Assembly (NCBI GenBank): GCA_965231005.1
Contig: OZ246405.1
Location: 738,709-802,708 of the forward strand
DNA length: 64,000 bases
Reading direction: 5' to 3'
Source of the DNA: an uncultured Gammaproteobacteria bacterium
GTDB taxonomy: Bacteria; Patescibacteriota; Patescibacteriia; Magasanikbacterales; UBA922
Position numbers and translations under genes: made by a program. Positions 28,854 to 39,115 of this stretch are shown here, piece after piece. The notes beneath the pieces are model-generated. The model ran no database searches. It was not told the origin of the DNA and was given only the letters and a program-made list of their open reading frames with translations. Within the stretch, counting starts at the first letter, position 1, and each line of letters begins with the position of its first letter.

Positions 28854-29855
28854 ATGAAACACAAAAATAAGAAAAAGCAAACTGCTCTTGGTTGGGGTGA
28901 GACAGGGGAAGATAAAGGTGAAATGTGGGATGCTCCGCCGTTGTTTACTGGTCCATCAGTTAGTACAAAAGATAGATTGAAATTATTATTTTTTCCCAAA
29001 AAATTTCTTTTGTATGGGTATGTAAAAAAGGCAGTACGTCGCGCAAAAAAGGAAGGACGGAAAGCTCGTATTGTTGATGTTGGATGTGGGACAGGTGGTG
29101 CAGTTATTGATATGAAAAAAATGTTTGGACGTTCTGTTGAAGTCATAGGCTTAGATGTTTTGCAGCTTCAAATCGATGTTGCAAAAAAGAAAATAAAAGA
29201 ACATGGGGTGTGGGCAGAAATCATGTGGTTTGATGGGAAAACATTTCCATTTTCAGATGGTACAATCGATGCTGTCTATTCTTCAGATGTCCTTGGTCAT
29301 GTTCCAGATGTTCCAGCATGGCTAAGAGAAATATCTCGTATTCTTCGTTCTGGTGGTACACTTGCCATGTTTGCAGAGTCAAAACTTGGAAAGCATGCAT
29401 ATATTCGGAATTATCTTATGGAAAACGGTTTAAACACCGATCCTCATGCAAAGTATCATGTGTCTCTTTATTCAAAACAAGAACTTATAGATTTGCTCGA
29501 CAACACAGGGTTTGTCATTAAAAAAATGTATTCAGTTTTTTGGGCAAAGTTTTTTGTTCATCCAGATGAGTTATATCCTGCGTTTAAGGGACAAAAAGGG
29601 TTCTTGGTTTTCAAAATAATAAATGCCATTCTTCACTTTATTAAGAAAATAACAAAACCAGTCTCGCTTGCCATTGCTGAGTTCTATGGTTTAATAGAAA
29701 TGGTTACTATTGGTCGTTGGATTGAATCGCAAGGGTATATTGTTTTAGCAACAAAAGAAAAAGAAGCTGTGAAAATTCAGGAAGAAGAACGAATTACTCA
29801 TTTTACTTCTATTGCAATGGAAATTCCAACTGCAGTGCGGGAGGTTGAATCATAA
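28854..29855 (+). CDS. class I SAM-dependent methyltransferase
   Basis: The motif I VDVGCGTGGAVIDM is present. The N-terminal ~60 aa are low-complexity, so the true start may be internal. Confidence 0.6.
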   Translation: MKHKNKKKQTALGWGETGEDKGEMWDAPPLFTGPSVSTKDRLKLLFFPKKFLLYGYVKKAVRRAKKEGRKARIVDVGCGTGGAVIDMKKMFGRSVEVIGLDVLQLQIDVAKKKIKEHGVWAEIMWFDGKTFPFSDGTIDAVYSSDVLGHVPDVPAWLREISRILRSGGTLAMFAESKLGKHAYIRNYLMENGLNTDPHAKYHVSLYSKQELIDLLDNTGFVIKKMYSVFWAKFFVHPDELYPAFKGQKGFLVFKIINAILHFIKKITKPVSLAIAEFYGLIEMVTIGRWIESQGYIVLATKEKEAVKIQEEERITHFTSIAMEIPTAVREVES

Positions 29856-29859
29856 TCAT

Positions 29860-30210
29860 ATGAAAAAAAATATTCTCAGCATATTTATTGGCATGACAGG
29901 AATTATATCAGCTGTGCTCGCATACTATGTGTTAACAATTTCTCTTTCTTCATTACTTACCATCGTCTTTGGTGCAGTTTACGTATATAATTATCCGACA
30001 AAAAAAGACTTCGAATCAAGTTTATACATATTGCTTACATATGTCATTGCCACTCTTGTTGTTCATCTTCCCACAACTTTCTTTCTACTTGCAGGCACAG
30101 GGTGGGAACAAGAATTTGCATGGATAATTGCTGCTATTCTCATTTTTGCAACAATAATTCTTGCGCTTGGAATCAATTACGCAATATACAGAATTAGATC
30201 AAAAAAATAA
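29860..30210 (+). CDS. small integral membrane protein (about 4 TM helices)
   Basis: Hydrophobic segments. The start was trimmed to the ATG at 29860, after the stop of the preceding gene. Confidence 0.45.
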   Translation: MKKNILSIFIGMTGIISAVLAYYVLTISLSSLLTIVFGAVYVYNYPTKKDFESSLYILLTYVIATLVVHLPTTFFLLAGTGWEQEFAWIIAAILIFATIILALGINYAIYRIRSKK

Positions 30211-30219
30211 TTTCATTCA

Positions 30220-30591
30220 ATGATTGATAAAAAATACAACTCATTAACTCCTGAGGAAGAGGGGATTATCCTTCAGAAAAAAACAGAACGTCCTTTTTCT
30301 GGTAAATACAATGACCACTTTGAAAAAGGATCATACTTGTGTAAACAATGTAATGCGGTATTATATAAATCAGACGACAAATTTGATTCACATTGTGGTT
30401 GGCCAAGTTTTGATGATGAAGTTGAAGGCGCAGTAAAAAGAATTCCTGATGCAGATGGAAAACGAACAGAAATTATTTGTGCAAATTGTAATGGCCATCT
30501 CGGGCATGTATTTACCGGAGAAAATCTTACAAAAAAGAATATTCGCCATTGTGTGAATTCTCTGTCATTAATATTTAAAGAAAATGAATAA
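30220..30591 (+). CDS. msrB: peptide-methionine (R)-S-oxide reductase
   Basis: CGWPSF and two CxxC pairs (CKQC...CANC); RxCxN-like HLGHVF. Confidence 0.9.
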   Translation: MIDKKYNSLTPEEEGIILQKKTERPFSGKYNDHFEKGSYLCKQCNAVLYKSDDKFDSHCGWPSFDDEVEGAVKRIPDADGKRTEIICANCNGHLGHVFTGENLTKKNIRHCVNSLSLIFKENE

Positions 30592-31078
30592 AACAGAAAA
30601 AGCGATTTTTGCGGGTGGATGTTTTTGGGGTGTTGAATATTTTTTTCGAAAGCAGGAAGGTGTTCTTGCTGCTGTATCAGGATATATTGGTGGTCATGTA
30701 GAAGATCCAACTTACAAAGAAGTGTGTACAGGAACAACAGGACATATAGAAGCTGTAGAGGTTACGTTTGATCCATCAGTTATATCATATAAAAAACTTG
30801 CAAAATTATTTTTTGAAATTCACGATCCAACACAAAAGAATGGGCAAGGTCCTGACATTGGTGAGCAGTATTTGTCCATTATTTTTTATGTAGATGAAGA
30901 ACAAAAAATTATTGCTCAAGATTTAATTAGTATTTTAAAAGAAAAAGGATTTGATGTGGTAACTGAGTTGCGGAAAGCAACAACGTTTTGGAAGGCAGAA
31001 GAATATCATCAAGACTATTACACAAAGAAAGGGGCAACACCGTATTGTCATATATATACAAAACGTTTTGACGATTAG
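30584..31078 (+). CDS. msrA: peptide-methionine (S)-S-oxide reductase
   Basis: The active site is [15 protein letters not shown]. It overlaps msrB by 8 nt. Confidence 0.9.
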   Translation: MNKTEKAIFAGGCFWGVEYFFRKQEGVLAAVSGYIGGHVEDPTYKEVCTGTTGHIEAVEVTFDPSVISYKKLAKLFFEIHDPTQKNGQGPDIGEQYLSIIFYVDEEQKIIAQDLISILKEKGFDVVTELRKATTFWKAEEYHQDYYTKKGATPYCHIYTKRFDD

Positions 31079-31087
31079 TATTATCAT

Positions 31088-31606
31088 ATGATCATCCCAA
31101 CAGCGTATATTATTATTTTTCTTATTCTTCTCGGCTTATTTCTACCGTCGTTAACGTTTGCACCGTGGGTCCCTGCAAGAAAAAAGGATTTGAAAAGAAT
31201 TTTCCGTTTAGCAGAACTCAAAGCAGGGGACGTGTTTTATGATTTGGGTTGTGGTGATGGCAAAGTTGTTCTTTATGCAGCAGAACATGCAAATGTAAAC
31301 GCAAAGGGGATTGAACTTGCATTTCCAATGTATGTTATTTGTCAGATACGAAAATTATTTACAAAAAATAACAATGCGTCGTTTATATTTGGAAATTTAT
31401 TTAAAGAAAATTTTTCTGATGCAGATGTGGTATATGTGTGGGGTATGCCTGACACGTTAAAAGGGAAGTTCAAAGCTAAAATTGAAAAAGAAATGAAAAA
31501 AGGGTCAAAACTCATTTCTTATGCGTTTAAGATTCATGGATTTGAGCCAGTATTGATTGATAAGCCACACAAGGATGATGTGTCAATTTATGTGTATGAA
31601 TTTTAG
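31088..31606 (+). CDS. small class I methyltransferase-like protein with an N-terminal TM helix
   Basis: The motif I-like FYDLGCGDGKVVLYAA. Confidence 0.5.
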   Translation: MIIPTAYIIIFLILLGLFLPSLTFAPWVPARKKDLKRIFRLAELKAGDVFYDLGCGDGKVVLYAAEHANVNAKGIELAFPMYVICQIRKLFTKNNNASFIFGNLFKENFSDADVVYVWGMPDTLKGKFKAKIEKEMKKGSKLISYAFKIHGFEPVLIDKPHKDDVSIYVYEF

Positions 31607-31706
31607 GACTTAATAAATTATTTTACAAACAAAAACAGCCTTGTATAAAGCTGTTTTTGGTTTTGGTCGAATGTTAATTCGACCGAGCCCCTTTGTTTGT
31701 TTTGAG

Positions 31707-31946
31707 TCATTTTTTTCTGTTGTTCTCGCTACTTGTCCTTTTTGGGCGAAGTGCTAGCCAAATCATCAGGAACATGACAAAAGAGGTCCCACCTGCCTGA
31801 ATCCACTGGTTGAGCGGTCGCTCAGGTAGGAAGGCTTCAACAAGATATTCCCAGTATGCACCAACCGCAGCTGCACATATCCCCATGAATGATAGCACCC
31901 AGATTGTGAGTTTTCGTTTCCTTGGTCGCTCTGCTGGTTTATTCAT
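31707..31946 (-). CDS. small membrane protein (79 aa, 2 TM helices)
   Basis: An ORF whose ATG overlaps the stop of an upstream 45-aa ORF (ATGA). It has hydrophobic helices and a basic C-terminus. Confidence 0.45.
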   Translation of the reverse strand: MNKPAERPRKRKLTIWVLSFMGICAAAVGAYWEYLVEAFLPERPLNQWIQAGGTSFVMFLMIWLALRPKRTSSENNRKK

Positions 31947-32089
31947 GATTTCGCCTTTTTGCGCTTGTCATGACGCATTTTCTGGCGTTCAGCAGCAAGC
32001 CGACTGTCTCGGTTTGAATACCACCAGCCTACAATGACATATGCCGCAGCAACAGCTAGGATCGAATAAAAGATGACTTTCGCGATCAT
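31943..32089 (-). CDS. 45-aa single-TM peptide ([48 protein letters not shown]); not in the ORF track because it is under 60 aa
   Basis: Hand translation of the minus strand. It is translationally coupled by an ATGA overlap to the 79-aa gene, and sits just upstream of and opposite to hppA. Coordinates are approximate to within 3 nt. Confidence 0.35.
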   Translation of the reverse strand: MIAKVIFYSILAVAAAYVIVGWWYSNRDSRLAAERQKMRHDKRKKAKS

Positions 32090-32231
32090 GTGTACCCCCT
32101 GGTTTTTGATAGGTGTCAGGATAGCATATATATTGTTCTTTGAAAAGGGGTTGATTTATTCTTCCTTTTTCTGTATTATTGCTGTGTTCATAAACATTAC
32201 TAATCACCCCAATAGGGGAAACATATACTCT

Positions 32232-34220
32232 ATGTTAGTGACTCTTGCCCTTGTGCCAGCAATTCTGGCAATTATCTACGGCATTTTCTTAATGCAGTGG
32301 ATTAAAAAACTACCTGCAGGTTCAGACCGTATGCAGGCTATTGCTCGAGCTATCGAAGAAGGAGCTCGTGCATATTTGAAAAGACAGTACCAGACTATCT
32401 CTATAGTCGGAATTATTGTCTTTGCATTTTTATGGTATTTCTTTAATTTAAATACAGGAATTGGTTTTCTTGTTGGAGCAGTATTCTCAGGACTTTCTGG
32501 CTATCTAGGGATGATTATCTCTGTAAAAGCAAATGTCCGAACAACAGAAGCTGCAAAAACAGGGTTGAAAAAAGCACTTGATGTGGCAGTAAAAGGTGGA
32601 TCAGTAACAGGTCTTCTTGTTGTTGGTCTTGGCCTTCTTGCTGTTGCAGGGTTTTATATGATCTTCAACGATGTTGATGCACTTATTGGTCTTGCATTTG
32701 GTGGAAGTTTGATTTCTATTTTTGCAAGAATCGGTGGTGGAATTTTCACAAAGGCTGCAGACGTTGGAGCAGACTTGGTTGGAAAAGTTGAAGCTGGTAT
32801 TCCAGAAGATGATCCAAGAAATCCAGCAGTTATTGCTGACAATGTTGGTGATAATGTTGGTGACTGTGCAGGAATGGCAGCAGACCTCTTTGAAACATAT
32901 GCGGTTACTGCTGTTGCTACTATGGTTCTTGGGTATTTAACATTTGAAAATAAAGAGGCAGCAATTGCATTCCCACTTCTTATTGGTGGTGTATCAATCA
33001 TTGCTTCAATTCTTGGAACATTCTTTATTAAGCTTGGAAAAGGAAAAAAGAACATCATGGGGGCATTATATAAGGGGCTTGTCGTGGCATCACTTCTTTC
33101 ACTAGTTGGTATTTATTTTATCAGCGGTGAGTACTCATCAGAACTTGGTGTAAGTACAAACGCACTATTCTTAAGTGCATTCGTAGGAATTCTCCTAACT
33201 GGACTCATGGTTTGGATTACAGAATACTACACATCTACAGAACATAAGCCTGTTAAAGCAATTGCAAAAGCAAGTAGTACTGGACATGGAACAAACGTGA
33301 TTGCAGGACTAGCTGTTTCTATGAAAGCAACAGCATGGCCTGTCTTATTCATTGTTGCTGCAGTTCTTGTCACATTTAGCATGGCAGGACTTTATGGTGT
33401 AGCAATCGCAGCTATGGCAATGCTTTCACTTACAGGTATTATTGTTGCCATTGATGCCTATGGGCCAATTACAGATAATGCTGGTGGAATTGCAGAAATG
33501 AGTGAACTAGATGCAGATGTTCGAAATACAACTGACAAACTTGATGCAGTTGGAAATACAACAAAGGCAGTTACAAAAGGATATGCAATTGCTAGTGCAG
33601 GATTAGCTGCGCTTGTGCTATTTGCAGATTACACACACAAACTTTCAGATTATGGTATGGCAAGTGTATTTAAGATCGATGACCCAAATGTTCTTGCAGG
33701 ATTGTTTATTGGTGGTCTTATGCCATACTTATTTGGTGCATACCTTATGGAATCAGTTGGAAAGGTTGCAGGAGATGTTGTTCGTGAAGTTCGAAGACAG
33801 TTTAAGAGCATAAAAGGAATTATGGATGGTTCTGGCAAGCCAGACTATGCAAAATGTGTTGACATTGTTACAAAAGGTGCAATTGGTCAAATGATTTTAC
33901 CAGCACTTATTCCAATTGTTGTTCCTGTTGCTGTTGGTCTTATTCTTGGAGCAGAAGCACTTGGTGGACTCCTTGTAGGAACAATTGTTACTGGACTATT
34001 TGTAGCAATTTCAATGACAGCTGGTGGTGGTGCATGGGACAATGCAAAGAAATATATTGAAGATGGTCATCATGGTGGAAAAGGAAGCAATGCACATGCT
34101 GCAGCAGTGACAGGAGATACTGTTGGTGATCCATACAAAGACACTGCAGGTCCTGCTGTAAACCCTATGATTAAGGTTGCAAATATTGTTGCACTCCTTA
34201 TTGTTGGAATGCTCAAATAA
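32232..34220 (+). CDS. hppA: membrane-bound proton/sodium-translocating pyrophosphatase
   Basis: Canonical H+-PPase motifs are present: [30 protein letters not shown] and the N-terminal ...[21 protein letters not shown]. The start was trimmed from 32073 to the ATG at 32232 ([12 protein letters not shown]), matching H+-PPase N-termini. Confidence 0.9.
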   Translation: MLVTLALVPAILAIIYGIFLMQWIKKLPAGSDRMQAIARAIEEGARAYLKRQYQTISIVGIIVFAFLWYFFNLNTGIGFLVGAVFSGLSGYLGMIISVKANVRTTEAAKTGLKKALDVAVKGGSVTGLLVVGLGLLAVAGFYMIFNDVDALIGLAFGGSLISIFARIGGGIFTKAADVGADLVGKVEAGIPEDDPRNPAVIADNVGDNVGDCAGMAADLFETYAVTAVATMVLGYLTFENKEAAIAFPLLIGGVSIIASILGTFFIKLGKGKKNIMGALYKGLVVASLLSLVGIYFISGEYSSELGVSTNALFLSAFVGILLTGLMVWITEYYTSTEHKPVKAIAKASSTGHGTNVIAGLAVSMKATAWPVLFIVAAVLVTFSMAGLYGVAIAAMAMLSLTGIIVAIDAYGPITDNAGGIAEMSELDADVRNTTDKLDAVGNTTKAVTKGYAIASAGLAALVLFADYTHKLSDYGMASVFKIDDPNVLAGLFIGGLMPYLFGAYLMESVGKVAGDVVREVRRQFKSIKGIMDGSGKPDYAKCVDIVTKGAIGQMILPALIPIVVPVAVGLILGAEALGGLLVGTIVTGLFVAISMTAGGGAWDNAKKYIEDGHHGGKGSNAHAAAVTGDTVGDPYKDTAGPAVNPMIKVANIVALLIVGMLK

Positions 34221-34241
34221 GTAGAATTCAAAAAACAAAAA

Positions 34242-34265
34242 ATCCTCCGGTTGGAGGATTTTTTT
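34242..34265. terminator. bidirectional terminator between hppA and the convergent permease gene
   Basis: ATCCTCC-ggtt-GGAGGAT has an A-run on the 5' side and a T-run on the 3' side. Confidence 0.6.
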
Positions 34266-34385
34266 ATACCCTCGTTTCATCTTAATTACTATTTAAGAAG
34301 AAACGAGGGTAGGCAAGGACTGCACGTACCCAAGCGGTATAGTCTGTGGCTTCCAACCACGACTTTTCCGGTGTTTTGTGTCTTT

Positions 34386-35777
34386 CTACAGGATGTGACT
34401 CAGGATGCTGACGTACGCCATTCCCATGAGCATAAGCACGATGCCGATGCCAAACGCGTGGCGCATCCAGTCGAAGAACGAGATTTTGGTCCCGTGCTTT
34501 CCCATGATCACGACAATGACGATGTTCGAAGCTGTTCCGATGATGGTGTGAACACCACCGGTCAGGCTTGCCCATGCCACTGAGATCTGCTGGAGCAGGT
34601 CGTTCTGTGTGATAGCTTCTTTGCCGAGTTCGAAAACAGCAAGTGCATTGTCTGCAAAAGCGCTAAATCCGTGTGTCGTGGCATACTCAGAAATTGCTCT
34701 GAATGCTCGCTGTGGAGGGAGCATGGTGCCAAAGGCCTGAATGGCCATATAGCACATACCACCCATGAACATAAGCGCAATGAGGAATCCACTGACAAGT
34801 CCACTCTCAATAGCTTCGCCAAACACATGCGTGACTGGATTTTTCTGTCCAGGCTGAGTTTTGCGAACTTCAGGGCGCAGTGCATGAAGAAAGTTGATGG
34901 GGAAGCAGACAGCAAAGACGACGATCATTCCAAGAATGGACTTTTCACCACCAAGCATGTCTGCGAAGACACCAAAGTAGAGAACTCCAGCCCAAAGCAC
35001 CAGATTGACCCAGTCAATGGCCCAAAAGGGTTTTGTCTCAATCTTTGGCGAGTTTTCGCAGTTGTCAGCAGTCTTGTATGCCCACCAGCCAGTAACCAGA
35101 AGACTTGCCAGGACGATCGGTCCGAGGTATCTGAGTGTATCCCAGGTTGTCCAGCCAAACATGCCTGCAGCAATCACAATGCTTGGTGCAGCAAAGTTGG
35201 TCAGACCACCGCCAACCCCGATTCCAACACCATGCAGGACGCCGAGTTTCTTCTTGGTTTCTTCGGTCTGGTTTGCGTTGACTTGTGCAAAGCCGCCTGT
35301 TGATGCGGCAGCAGCAGCTACCTCAGAAATGACTGATGCCAGTCCACCAACGAGGATCATGACCATGGCACTAAACTTTCGTTCATCTCCCCCTGCGAGA
35401 TGCTGGAGGAATGCAACCATGTGATTCACGAAACGCTTGAGCTGCAAAGAGGTGAACATGAGCGTTCCAACCAATATTGCAGCGTGCATGTCGATGTGAT
35501 GGCTTACGCTGTTAATGACTTCTTGAGCTCCGCCGCTTCGGGTGAACGAGACCCACATGAACACGGCACCGATGATGATGAGGACTTCTGTCTTTGTCGC
35601 GACCTCGATGAGGGACATTGCTTTGCCGTTGAGAAAGCCGAGCACATATCCGTTGTTTTTGCCGTTTCCATTGCCTCCGAGTTGGATCAAGCGTCTTGCG
35701 AGACTTTGTCCGACAGCTGCGAGCAACAGAAAAAAGGCCAAAATGCCCAGGTTCTGCCAATCGAGTGGTGACATCAT
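34386..35777 (-). CDS. ArsB/NhaD/CitMHS-superfamily ion permease (putative Na+/H+ antiporter or anion transporter); GC-rich, probably horizontally acquired
   Basis: A ~460-aa polytopic protein with two repeated halves and glycine-rich hairpin-like segments (GVGIGVGGGLTNFAAPSIV). The track start at 35849 is TTG and was trimmed to the ATG at 35777 (MMSPLDWQ). Coding GC is ~52%, against a ~36% background. Confidence 0.6.
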   Translation of the reverse strand: MMSPLDWQNLGILAFFLLLAAVGQSLARRLIQLGGNGNGKNNGYVLGFLNGKAMSLIEVATKTEVLIIIGAVFMWVSFTRSGGAQEVINSVSHHIDMHAAILVGTLMFTSLQLKRFVNHMVAFLQHLAGGDERKFSAMVMILVGGLASVISEVAAAAASTGGFAQVNANQTEETKKKLGVLHGVGIGVGGGLTNFAAPSIVIAAGMFGWTTWDTLRYLGPIVLASLLVTGWWAYKTADNCENSPKIETKPFWAIDWVNLVLWAGVLYFGVFADMLGGEKSILGMIVVFAVCFPINFLHALRPEVRKTQPGQKNPVTHVFGEAIESGLVSGFLIALMFMGGMCYMAIQAFGTMLPPQRAFRAISEYATTHGFSAFADNALAVFELGKEAITQNDLLQQISVAWASLTGGVHTIIGTASNIVIVVIMGKHGTKISFFDWMRHAFGIGIVLMLMGMAYVSILSHIL

Positions 35778-36090
35778 GCCTACCTCCTCTGTTTGGGGTT
35801 TTGCGTTTATCCTATAGAGGAAATCTATAGAGATCAGTGAAAATACCAAACGTTGATAGACTCACTGACCTCTATAGGTTTATCCTTGCCTTGTAATGAA
35901 CAGGTATTCCAAGACAATATGTCCTTGAATACACCTACCGTACAAGAAAGGTACGGCAATGCAAAATGGTAGCATATTTTTTTCTTTCCGTCAATACTGT
36001 TTTTATTTTTTTGGCTTAATATTGACAAATTAGCAATTTATCCGTATAATCTACACTACTTGAACTATTTATTCCTCTAGACATATCCAC

Positions 36091-38118
36091 ATGAACGTCA
36101 CAGAGCTAGCTCGGCGTCTCAGAATTCATCCCAAGAAACTTTTGGAAATCCTCCCTGAGTATGGTTTTGATATTGGAAAGAAGGCAATTAAGATTGATAA
36201 TAAAGTTGCAACACAGATTTTGAAACAATGGAAATACATTAAACAAGATATTGAAAAAAAGCGTATTGCTGAATTAGAAGAAAAAAAGAAAAAAGAACGT
36301 GAAATGCGTAAGGAAACAGGTGCAAAGATTGTATTGCCAGAAAGAGTTACTGTAAAAGAATTTGCAGAAAAATTAGAAATTCCAATTGCACAACTCATTA
36401 GTGAGTTAATGAAAAACGGAATCCTTGCAAATCAGAATCAACATATTGATTATGATACAGCAGCAATTTTGGCAGAAGAGTTAGGATTTGGTGTTGAAAA
36501 AGAAGAAGGTGAAAATGCAGCTCAAGACGATGCAGGAGTTGACCAATTAGAACAAGCACTTGCTCGTGGAAAAAAACAAGAACGAAGAGCTCCAGTTATT
36601 GTTGTTATGGGACATGTTGATCATGGAAAGACACGTCTTCTCGATACAATTCGTGAAGCAAATATTATTGATACAGAAGCAGGAGGTATTACACAACATA
36701 TTGGTGCATACCAAACCGTGTGGAAAGATCCAAAAACAAAAGAAGAACGAGCACTTAGTTTTATTGATACACCAGGACATGAAGCGTTTACTGTAATGAG
36801 AAGTCGTGGTGCAAAAGTTGCTGATATTGCCATTCTTGTTGTTGCTGCTGACGATGGGGTAAAGCCACAGACAAAAGAAGTTATTCAAATTATTAAAGCA
36901 GCAAAACTTCCATTTGTTGTTGCTATTAATAAAATTGATAAAGAAACAGCAGATGTACAACGTGTAAAAACAGAACTTTCACAGCATGATGTACTTCCAG
37001 AAGATTGGGGCGGAACAGTACCAATGGTAGAAATTTCTGCAAAAGAAAAAATAAATATTGATAAATTGCTTGATCTTCTCTTGCTTATTACAGACTTACA
37101 TGAAAAAGAAATTGTTGCAGATCCATCTGTTGCTGCAGCAGGAACAATTATTGAATCTCATGTAGATAAAGGAATGGGACCAGTTGCAACAGTGTTGGTT
37201 CAGGCAGGGACACTTAAAAAGAATGATAAACTTGTTGTGAACGGAGAAATTTATGGAAAGGTACGTGCAATGAAAGACTACAATGGTGATTCAATTGATA
37301 AGGCAGGACCATCTGTTCCAGCGCAAATCATTGGATTTAAAGTTGCGCCACAAGTTGGTGATATTTTAGATGTTGCTCAAGGTGCAAATGCAAAGAAAAT
37401 TGATGTAAAGGCAAAACGCATTGAACAAAAGGGTGCTGAAAAACATGGTATTGTTCAAGCAGCAAAAGATGAATCAGACGAAGAAGATAAAGGAAAGAAC
37501 ACACTTAATCTTCTTATTAAAGCAGATGTGCTTGGATCACTAGAAGCTATTATTGGATCGCTCGAAAGCATTGTACACGATGAAGTTGGTGTAAAGATTA
37601 TTGGAAAAGGACTTGGAAATATTACTGAAGATGATGTAAACAAAGCAGAAGCTGCAGCTGCACATGTTATTGGATTTAATGTAAAAGCAAGTCCAATTGC
37701 AGAAGAAGTTATGAGAGATAAAGATATTAATTTTTTGCAGTACAGTATTATTTATGATTTAATTAATTGGGTTAAAGATGAATTAGAAAAATTATTAGAT
37801 CAAGAAAAAATCGTTACAGAACTTGGTATTTTGAAAGTATTAGCAATTTTTAGAACAGACAAGGGAGCAATGACTATTGGAGGAAGAGTAGAAAGTGGAA
37901 AAATTATTCCAGCGCTTGCTCGTGTAAAACGAGATGGAGACATAATTGGAACTGGAAAAATTACTGAGTGTCAGATTGGAAAAAGTAAGGCAAAAGAAGT
38001 TCCATCTGGGACAGAATGTGGACTTCGCTTTGAAGGAAAAACGCGGATCGAAGAAGGTGATGTGCTCGAAGTATACTCAGAAGAAGTAAAAACACGTAAG
38101 ATTGAATTTAAAACATAA
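36091..38118 (+). CDS. infB: translation initiation factor IF-2
   Basis: The G-domain ([29 protein letters not shown]) and C-terminal beta-barrels. Confidence 0.95.
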   Translation: MNVTELARRLRIHPKKLLEILPEYGFDIGKKAIKIDNKVATQILKQWKYIKQDIEKKRIAELEEKKKKEREMRKETGAKIVLPERVTVKEFAEKLEIPIAQLISELMKNGILANQNQHIDYDTAAILAEELGFGVEKEEGENAAQDDAGVDQLEQALARGKKQERRAPVIVVMGHVDHGKTRLLDTIREANIIDTEAGGITQHIGAYQTVWKDPKTKEERALSFIDTPGHEAFTVMRSRGAKVADIAILVVAADDGVKPQTKEVIQIIKAAKLPFVVAINKIDKETADVQRVKTELSQHDVLPEDWGGTVPMVEISAKEKINIDKLLDLLLLITDLHEKEIVADPSVAAAGTIIESHVDKGMGPVATVLVQAGTLKKNDKLVVNGEIYGKVRAMKDYNGDSIDKAGPSVPAQIIGFKVAPQVGDILDVAQGANAKKIDVKAKRIEQKGAEKHGIVQAAKDESDEEDKGKNTLNLLIKADVLGSLEAIIGSLESIVHDEVGVKIIGKGLGNITEDDVNKAEAAAAHVIGFNVKASPIAEEVMRDKDINFLQYSIIYDLINWVKDELEKLLDQEKIVTELGILKVLAIFRTDKGAMTIGGRVESGKIIPALARVKRDGDIIGTGKITECQIGKSKAKEVPSGTECGLRFEGKTRIEEGDVLEVYSEEVKTRKIEFKT

Positions 38119-38131
38119 TATATTTATTTCT

Positions 38132-38452
38132 ATGCCAGAAGTAATTCTTACAGATGATAATTTTGAAACAGAAGTTTCACAAGCAGATCTTCCTGTTCTT
38201 GTAGATTTTTGGGCACCATGGTGTGGTCCTTGTAAAATGATGGGACCAATTGTAGAAGAACTTGCAGGAGAATATGAAGGGAAAGCAAAAATCGCAAAGG
38301 TAAATGTTGATGAACAACAAGCAACAAGTGGAAAGTTTAATGTTATGAGTATTCCTACATTTCTTCTTTTCAAAAATGGAGAAGTGGTAGATCAAACAGT
38401 TGGTGGGGTTCCAAAAGAAAAATTGAAAGAAATGATTGATAAACATCTATAA
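38132..38452 (+). CDS. trxA: thioredoxin
   Basis: WAPWCGPCKM active site at ~106 aa. The start was trimmed to the ATG at 38132. Confidence 0.9.
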   Translation: MPEVILTDDNFETEVSQADLPVLVDFWAPWCGPCKMMGPIVEELAGEYEGKAKIAKVNVDEQQATSGKFNVMSIPTFLLFKNGEVVDQTVGGVPKEKLKEMIDKHL

Positions 38453-38565
38453 AGAATTTATAAATTTTTTTTAAAAAGTATCTGTTCATCAGATATTTTT
38501 TAATATTGACAATTGTTATAAAACATGCAATACTAATTTTACATTTATTTGTAATATATTTTCAT

Positions 38566-38994
38566 ATGAAAAATAAGGAGGGCGGGATTAGCCCAACACA
38601 ACAGTCTATAATGAACGTAGACAAAAAATTTGATCAATTTATGGTCAAGATGGATCAATTTATGTTGAAAGTAGAGAAAAATTTTCAGCAGGTCGATCAA
38701 AAATTTGAAAAGATTGACCAAAATTTTCAAGAGATTGGAGAGAATTTTAAAAAGGTTTTTGCTGCTATACAAAGAAATGAAGATAATATAGGAAGGAATA
38801 CAGGAGCAATAAATCGTTTGGAAGCAAAAACAGAATACCGTTTTGCAATATTAAATGAAAAAATTGAAGAGATAAGAGACATGATTATTAACATTGATAA
38901 GAAATCAAGCGAAGATATCTCTGCAGTTATGATGGATCAGGATACATTAAAAAAACGGATAGATGTACTAGAGAAGCACACACTACCAACATAA
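38566..38994 (+). CDS. hypothetical coiled-coil protein with internal heptad-like repeats (FDQFMVKMDQFMLKVEKNFQQVDQKFEKIDQNFQEIGENFKK)
   Basis: An ORF; the TTG-start track ORF at 38506 was trimmed to the ATG at 38566. There is no family assignment. Confidence 0.4.
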   Translation: MKNKEGGISPTQQSIMNVDKKFDQFMVKMDQFMLKVEKNFQQVDQKFEKIDQNFQEIGENFKKVFAAIQRNEDNIGRNTGAINRLEAKTEYRFAILNEKIEEIRDMIINIDKKSSEDISAVMMDQDTLKKRIDVLEKHTLPT

Positions 38995-39115
38995 AAAAAG
39001 GCGCCTATGGCGCTTTTTTCTTTTCCAATTCAGACTGTGTTTGTCAATATTATTATTTGCATAGATTTATCCTACATAGTACAATGAATATCCCTATAAT
39101 TAATAACGTAATGAT

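Noticed and set aside
32073-32231. The ORF-track 5' extension of hppA ([10 protein letters not shown]…), and ORF 31989..32207 on the minus strand.
   Set aside because: H+-PPases begin with the first TM helix followed by …RMQxIAxAIxEGAxAYLxRQY, which starts at the ATG at 32232. The extension overlaps the better-supported coupled small-peptide genes. ORF 31989..32207 is Cys/His-rich with no start context.
34251-34583. ORFs 34251..34583 (+) and 34282..34575 (-) at the 3' end of the permease gene.
   Set aside because: They overlap the C-terminal coding region of the permease or the terminator. They are GC-rich frame artefacts.
36126-36960. Antisense or alternative-frame ORFs inside infB, and similar ORFs inside leuS (41878..42514), rny (26696..27928), the TSP3 gene (48499..49542) and others.
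   Set aside because: They are embedded in high-confidence genes. The TSP3-locus ones are artefacts of the tandem repeats, His/Leu-rich in the alternative frames.
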